From positions 1,408,001 through 1,472,000 of the forward strand of contig CAXWPH010000015.1 of NCBI GenBank assembly GCA_963666055.2: a stretch of DNA of 64,000 bases, written 5' to 3'. The stretch is from Acidobacteriota bacterium (GTDB taxonomy: Bacteria; Acidobacteriota; UBA890; WLXD01). Below the pieces are notes generated by a model. The model was not told where the DNA came from, did not search any database, and saw nothing but the letters and a program-made list of their open reading frames with translations. Both the position numbers and the translations under genes were made by a program. Below are positions 58,913 to 64,000 of the stretch, piece by piece. Each line of letters opens with the position of its first letter. Within the stretch, counting starts at the first letter, position 1.

Positions 58913-59948
58913 CGAGTTCCAAGACCGCGCCCAGCAGCTCGTCGCCGCCTTCGACCTCGGCGGCGAATTCGGCGTAGATCGGACGGCTGGCGCTGCTGAA
59001 GGCCTGGCGATCGACGTCGTTGACCTGTAGGCCGTCGCCGCGGAGCTTGTCCAGCAACTCGGCATCGAGGCGGGCGGCGGTCTCGTGCACGAAGGGCTGC
59101 ATGTCACGCGCGATCCGTGCAACGTCCTCGCGCACGTCGGCGGGAAGAGCGTCCCAGCGCCCGGATCCGGCGGTGACGTAGGCAGGCGTGTAGACGTGAC
59201 CGGTCAACGACAGATACGTCTGTACCTCCTGGAACTGCTGGCTGTCGATCTGTGTGAGCGGGTTTTCCTGCCCGTCCATCACCCCGGTCTGCAACGCCAC
59301 GAAGACCTCTGCCATCGGCATCGGGCTGGGGTTGGCGCCAAAGGCCTGAAACATCTTCACCCGCCACAGGCCCCGCGGCGTGCGTAGCTTGATTCCGCGT
59401 AGGTCATCGGGCGTGTGCACCGGGCGCACGTTGCTGGTTACGTGGCGAAAACCGTTCTCCCACACCGCCAGGATCTCGAACCCGTGTCGCTGCGCCTGCG
59501 GCGCCAGCCGATCCCAGAAAACTGCTGCTTCGATCCGACGCATGTGCTGGCGATCGCGCACCAGGTAGGGCAGCTCGAACAGGCCGAAGACGGCAACGTT
59601 CGATGACATCACCGTCGACGGTAGCGCCATGTCGAGTGTTCCGAGACTCAGCTTCTGCAGCATCACCTCGTCACCGCCGAGCTGGCTGGAGCCGAACACC
59701 TGGAGGCGCACTCGATCGCCGATCTCGGCCTCGACGCGTCGGGCGAGCTCGTTGGCGGTGAGAGCGTAGAGCGAACCCGGGGCGCCGACATGGCCGAAGG
59801 TCAGAACCAGCGGCCCGGCCGGCGCGCCGCCGGAACAGGCAATCGCCCCAGCCGTGGCTACGAGCAGAGTCAGCGTCGCCGGGCGGTTCGCTGCCGGGCG
59901 TGGCGTCGCCGCGGCACCGGAGCGCGATCTGCAGGTGCGGGCACGCAT
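58902..59948 (-). CDS. dctP: TRAP substrate-binding protein (lipoprotein)
   Basis: SSQLGGD, WENGFRH, DLRGIKLRTP, EVFVALQTGVMDGQENP and TGHVY motifs; AIAC lipobox; TGATG overlap with the upstream gene. Confidence 0.92.
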   Translation of the reverse strand: MRARTCRSRSGAAATPRPAANRPATLTLLVATAGAIACSGGAPAGPLVLTFGHVGAPGSLYALTANELARRVEAEIGDRVRLQVFGSSQLGGDEVMLQKLSLGTLDMALPSTVMSSNVAVFGLFELPYLVRDRQHMRRIEAAVFWDRLAPQAQRHGFEILAVWENGFRHVTSNVRPVHTPDDLRGIKLRTPRGLWRVKMFQAFGANPSPMPMAEVFVALQTGVMDGQENPLTQIDSQQFQEVQTYLSLTGHVYTPAYVTAGSGRWDALPADVREDVARIARDMQPFVHETAARLDAELLDKLRGDGLQVNDVDRQAFSSASRPIYAEFAAEVEGGDELLGAVLELGAD

Positions 59949-61135
59949 CAGCCAGTGCCCGCTGCACCCGTCGGTGCCAGTGACTCGAGCGCTGCGGTTA
60001 CTCCGCCGGAACGACACGGCACGCCCGCCAGGCGCAACCCCATCTCCACTCCGCTGAGGGCGCCGGCAAGCGCCAGCTCGTTGAGCTCGCCCAGGTGGCC
60101 GATGCGGAAGACCTTGCCTTGGAGCGGTCCGAGGCCGGTGCCGAGCGACATGTCGAAGTTCTCGAGAATCACCTGGCGCACCTCGTCGGCGTCGACCCCT
60201 TCTGGCGTCATGACTGCGGTAAGCGAGCTGCTGGCGTTCGCCGGATTGGCGCAGTACATCTCCAGCCCCCACGCCCGCACCGCCGCTCGGGTTGCCGATG
60301 CCAGGCGATCGTGTCGCGCGAAGACCGCCGCCTCGCCCTCTTCACGCAACATGGCGAGCGCCTCTGACAACCCGAAGAGCAGGTTGGTGGCCGGTGTGTA
60401 GGGAAAGAAACCGCGGGCGTTCTGGGTGTGCAGTGCGGCCCAGTCCCAGTACGCACGCGGCAGGCGGGCGTTGTCGTTGGCGGCGAGCGCCTTGGCGCTG
60501 ACCGAGTTGAACGACAGGCCTGGTGGGAGCATGAGTCCTTTCTGCGATCCGGTTACCACCACGTCCACGCCCCACTCGTCTTGCGGCAGCGGCATCGACG
60601 CCAGCGACGACACCGCATCCACCAGCAACAGGGCGCCATGCCCGGCCCGATCGAGCGCCGCTCGGATGGCGGCGATGTCGGATCGAACCCCGGTGGACGT
60701 CTCACTGTGCACTACGGCGACGGCGCCATAAGGAGCATCGCCCTCGCTGCCCAACCGCTCCTCGACCGCTGCCGGATCGACCGGTTGGCGCCAGTCGCCC
60801 GGCACCATGTCGACGATGAGCCCGAGACGCTCGGCGATGCCACACCAACCACGGGCAAAGAAGCCGTGATCGAACATCAGCACGCGGTCACCCGGCGACA
60901 GGGTATTGGCGAGTGCCGCTTCCCAGGCGCCGCTGCCCGAGGCGGGGAAGATCATCATCTCGCCGTCGGGGTTATGGAAGAGCTTCTTCAAACCCTCGAG
61001 GAGTTCCCTGGTGAGGCGCGCGAACTCAGAGCCGCGATGGTCGATCGTGGGGCGGGCCACGGCTCGCAGCACGCGCTCGGGCACGTTCGTGGGCCCGGGA
61101 ACTTGAAGAAAATGTCGCCCGCCGGGAGAACTCAC
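59948..61135 (-). CDS. Serine/aspartate-glyoxylate aminotransferase-like class V enzyme
   Basis: GRHFLQVPGPTNVP, SGSGAWEAAL.N, GSQKGLMLPPG, FFPYTPATNLL and FRIGHLG motifs; GAGGA RBS before GTG 61135. Confidence 0.9.
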   Translation of the reverse strand: MSSPGGRHFLQVPGPTNVPERVLRAVARPTIDHRGSEFARLTRELLEGLKKLFHNPDGEMMIFPASGSGAWEAALANTLSPGDRVLMFDHGFFARGWCGIAERLGLIVDMVPGDWRQPVDPAAVEERLGSEGDAPYGAVAVVHSETSTGVRSDIAAIRAALDRAGHGALLLVDAVSSLASMPLPQDEWGVDVVVTGSQKGLMLPPGLSFNSVSAKALAANDNARLPRAYWDWAALHTQNARGFFPYTPATNLLFGLSEALAMLREEGEAAVFARHDRLASATRAAVRAWGLEMYCANPANASSSLTAVMTPEGVDADEVRQVILENFDMSLGTGLGPLQGKVFRIGHLGELNELALAGALSGVEMGLRLAGVPCRSGGVTAALESLAPTGAAGTG

Positions 61136-61271
61136 CGGAGATCCTCTGGTTGCGCTCGGCTTGCTGTGCGAGCGTTGTTTTCTGAAGCGCGCCGCGATCG
61201 GCGGCACAATGGTACCGCTCCGGCCGCGTGACATGGATGCGGGCGGCCCGGAAGCGCACGCCGACCGTTGG

Positions 61272-61295
61272 CAGAGTTCTTCAGCACCCTGCCAG
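61272..61295. repeat. Second copy of the repeat arm seen at 4059-4078
   Basis: cagagttcttcagcaccctgccag; 19/20 identity to the reverse complement of 4059-4078. Confidence 0.55.
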
Positions 61296-61322
61296 ATTCC
61301 CGAGTACGCCGGCACTACGAAG

Positions 61323-64000
61323 ATGAGCGCGACCACCGGATCTCGAGCATCCGACGACGCCAGCCGTCGCCGCGCCGCCGGCACGCGGGGGTCGCGTATC
61401 GGTGACTCGGCGCTGGCGGCGCGGCTGCGTGGCGAGTTGGAGGGCGAGGTGCGCTTCGGCGCGCTCGATCGTGGGCTCTACTCCACCGACGCCTCGATCT
61501 ACCAGATCGAGCCGCTCGGCGTGGTGGTGCCCAAGAGCACCGACGACGTGGTTGCGACGCTGTCGATCGCCCGCGACGAAGGCGTACCGGTGTTGCCACG
61601 CGGCGCCGGAACATCGCAGGGAGGACAGGCGATTGGCGAAGCGATCATCATCGATACGAGCAAGTATCTGCGCGCCGTCCGGCGACTCGATGCCGAAGGG
61701 CGGCGGGTGGTGGTTGAACCCGGCGTCGTGCTCGATGAGCTGAACCGGGCGTTGCGTCCGTCCGGGCTGTTCTTCCCGGTGGATGTTGCCACTTCGAGCC
61801 GGGCGACCCTCGGCGGTATGGCGGGCAACAACAGCGCCGGCGCACGGTCGATCCGCTACGGGCTGATGGTCGACAACGTGCGCGCCATCGAGGCCACGCT
61901 CGCCGATGGCTCGCATGCCTGGTTCGGCCCATCGGGCTCAAGGCCGGCGAGCGATCGCGCCGCAGGCGCCGCGCCCGACGCCCGCCACACCGACCTGCGC
62001 CACAGCGCGCCGGTCGAGCTGACTCGAGCCATCGCGGCCGTGCACCGGAGCCACGCCGCCGCCATCGAGCGCGTTGCGCCGCGCGTGCTGCGCCACGTGG
62101 CCGGCTACAACCTGACGCGCATCGATGACCGCGCCTCGAACCTGGCGCCGTTGCTCATCGGATCCGAGGGCACCCTGGCCTTCTTCACCCGGCTGGAGCT
62201 CGACCTCCAGCCGATTCCGGCCCACAAGGTTCTGGGCGTATGTCATTTCGCGACGTTTCGTGCCGCAATGCAGGCGGTGCAGCACCTCGTCGAGCTGGGG
62301 CCTGCGGCTGTGGAGCTGCTCGATCACAAGCTCATCGAGCTGGCGCGTGCACGCCCGGCCTTCCGCGGCCCGTTGTCGCGCTTCGTGCAGGGGGAGCCCG
62401 GAGCGTTGCTGCTCGTCGAGTTCGCCGGCGACGACCTCGATGAGCTGCGGCGCAGCCTCGGCCGGCTCGACGAGCTCATGGGACAGCTTGGCCACCCCGA
62501 CGCTGTGCACCGGGCGATCGAGCCCGCCGCGCAGGCCGAGATCTGGAGCGTGCGCAAGGCGGGCCTGAACATCGCGATGTCGATGAAGGGCGACGCCAAG
62601 CCGGTGTCGTTCGTCGAGGATTGCGCCGTGCCTCTCGAGCACCTCGACGACTACACCGCCGAGCTCGGCGACATCTTCGCGCGTCACGGCGTCGAGGGCA
62701 CCTGGTACGCGCATGCCTCGGTGGGCTGCCTGCACGTGCGGCCGACGTTGAACCTCAAGGAGGTCGGCGAGGTGGCGAAAATGCGCAGCATCGCCGAGGC
62801 CACTCATGCGCTGGTGCGCAAGTTCGGTGGCTCGCACTCCGGCGAGCACGGCGACGGGTTGGTGCGTAGCGAGTTCCTGGGTTCGATGCTCGGGCAGGAG
62901 GCGGTCGATGCCTTCGAACAGGTGAAATCTGCCTTCGACCCCACCGGTCTGTTCAACCCCGGCAAGATCGTGCATCCGCCACGCATGGACGATCGCCGTC
63001 TGTTCCGTTACCGGCCGGATTACGCCACTGTCTCGCCGCTGACGGCGATGCAATGGCCCGACGCCGGCGGCCTGCCTGGCGCTGTCGAGATGTGCAACAA
63101 CAACGGCGCCTGTCGTCAGTTGGTGGGGTCGATGTGCCCTTCGTATCAGGCGACGCTCGACGAAACCCACACCACGCGTGGCCGCGCCAATGCGCTCCGC
63201 CTGGCGCTCAGCGGGCAGCTCGGCGCGCCAGGGCTCGATTCGAAGACGCTGTACGAGGCGCTCGACCTGTGCGTTGGCTGCAAGGCGTGTCGTCGCGAGT
63301 GCCCTACCGGGGTCGACATGGCGCGCATGAAGATCGAGTTCCTGAGTGCCTACCGCGCTCGTCACGGTGTGCCGGTGCGCGAGCGTCTGTTCGCCTACCT
63401 GCCGCGTTACGCGCCGATCGCATGCCGGCTCGGTGCGGCCTCCCGTGCGGCCGACTGGCGACCGGCCCGCTGGCTGATGGAGAAGGTCATCGGAGTCTCT
63501 TCCCAGCGGCGGCTGCCGGTGTTCAAGCGCGAGCCGCTGTGCCCGAGTGGCCGCACGGCCGGTAACTCGACGCGACGAGCGGCCCTGTTCGTCGACACGT
63601 TCAGCAGGCACTTCGAGCCCGAGAACGCGCGCGCCACAATCCGTGTGCTGCGCGCCGCCGGCTACGACGTGGAGCTGATTGAGCCGCCCGCCGGTGAGCG
63701 GCCGCTGTGCTGCGGACGCACGTTCCTGAGCGCCGGGCTCACCGACGAGGCGCGCGTTGAGGGTGAACGGCTGCTCGCCGCCACGTTGCCGTTGGTGCGC
63801 GACGGGGTGCCGGTGGTGGGCATCGAGCCATCCTGCTTACTGACCCTTCGCGACGAGCTTCCGGCTCTTGTGCCTGGCGCCGAGAGCGAGTCGCTGAGCG
63901 CCTCCGCCGTGCTCTTTGAGGAGCTGTTGATGGCCGGAGTCGCCGCCGGCGATGTTGATTTGCAGCTCGGCAGGTCGCCGGCGCGGCGCGCCCTGGTGCA
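61323..64000 (+). CDS. FAD-linked oxidase fused to 4Fe-4S/CCG domains (GlcD-GlcF/YdiJ-like); runs off the window end and is absent from the ORF track
   Basis: Translated by hand: LYSTDASIYQIEP, RGAGTSQGGQ, GSEGTLAF, HASVGCLH, SGEHGDG, CNNNGACR, CVGCKACRRECP and LCCGR. Confidence 0.9.
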   Translation, partial: MSATTGSRASDDASRRRAAGTRGSRIGDSALAARLRGELEGEVRFGALDRGLYSTDASIYQIEPLGVVVPKSTDDVVATLSIARDEGVPVLPRGAGTSQGGQAIGEAIIIDTSKYLRAVRRLDAEGRRVVVEPGVVLDELNRALRPSGLFFPVDVATSSRATLGGMAGNNSAGARSIRYGLMVDNVRAIEATLADGSHAWFGPSGSRPASDRAAGAAPDARHTDLRHSAPVELTRAIAAVHRSHAAAIERVAPRVLRHVAGYNLTRIDDRASNLAPLLIGSEGTLAFFTRLELDLQPIPAHKVLGVCHFATFRAAMQAVQHLVELGPAAVELLDHKLIELARARPAFRGPLSRFVQGEPGALLLVEFAGDDLDELRRSLGRLDELMGQLGHPDAVHRAIEPAAQAEIWSVRKAGLNIAMSMKGDAKPVSFVEDCAVPLEHLDDYTAELGDIFARHGVEGTWYAHASVGCLHVRPTLNLKEVGEVAKMRSIAEATHALVRKFGGSHSGEHGDGLVRSEFLGSMLGQEAVDAFEQVKSAFDPTGLFNPGKIVHPPRMDDRRLFRYRPDYATVSPLTAMQWPDAGGLPGAVEMCNNNGACRQLVGSMCPSYQATLDETHTTRGRANALRLALSGQLGAPGLDSKTLYEALDLCVGCKACRRECPTGVDMARMKIEFLSAYRARHGVPVRERLFAYLPRYAPIACRLGAASRAADWRPARWLMEKVIGVSSQRRLPVFKREPLCPSGRTAGNSTRRAALFVDTFSRHFEPENARATIRVLRAAGYDVELIEPPAGERPLCCGRTFLSAGLTDEARVEGERLLAATLPLVRDGVPVVGIEPSCLLTLRDELPALVPGAESESLSASAVLFEELLMAGVAAGDVDLQLGRSPARRALV

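Noticed and set aside
1-64000. CRISPR arrays, tRNA/rRNA, integrases, prophage genes
   Set aside because: No regularly spaced repeats, cloverleaf or rRNA signatures, or recombinase/phage motifs were seen by eye.

Overview
GC-rich bacterial DNA, most likely Acidobacteriota, based on the PadR-ADOP permease pair, three DUF885 proteins and many secreted beta-propeller, PQQ and amidohydrolase genes. It holds about 48 genes with no rRNA, tRNA, CRISPR array or intact transposase recognised. The content is mostly exported hydrolases and oxidoreductases, transporters, two type II toxin-antitoxin pairs, and a TRAP/CoA-transferase/aminotransferase/FAD-FeS catabolic cluster at the right end. The top candidate for an undescribed system is a two-gene operon at 5280-7887 that looks like a highly diverged copper membrane monooxygenase (pMMO/AMO-like). 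Its first gene encodes a membrane protein with both PmoC-type copper-site motifs at matching spacing and a PmoA-like C-terminal half. Its second gene encodes an exported protein with an N-terminal His and PmoB-like topology, frameshifted in this sequence. Also notable are a UGA-recoded (selenocysteine) CUAEP-tail radical SAM gene with a SECIS-like hairpin, a 36-bp PadR operator, degenerate MITE-like ends at (C)TAG sites, gene fossils (Ser/Thr kinase, Rieske oxygenase), and several lesions that may be real decay or assembly error. All family assignments come from motif recognition by eye; no searches were run.
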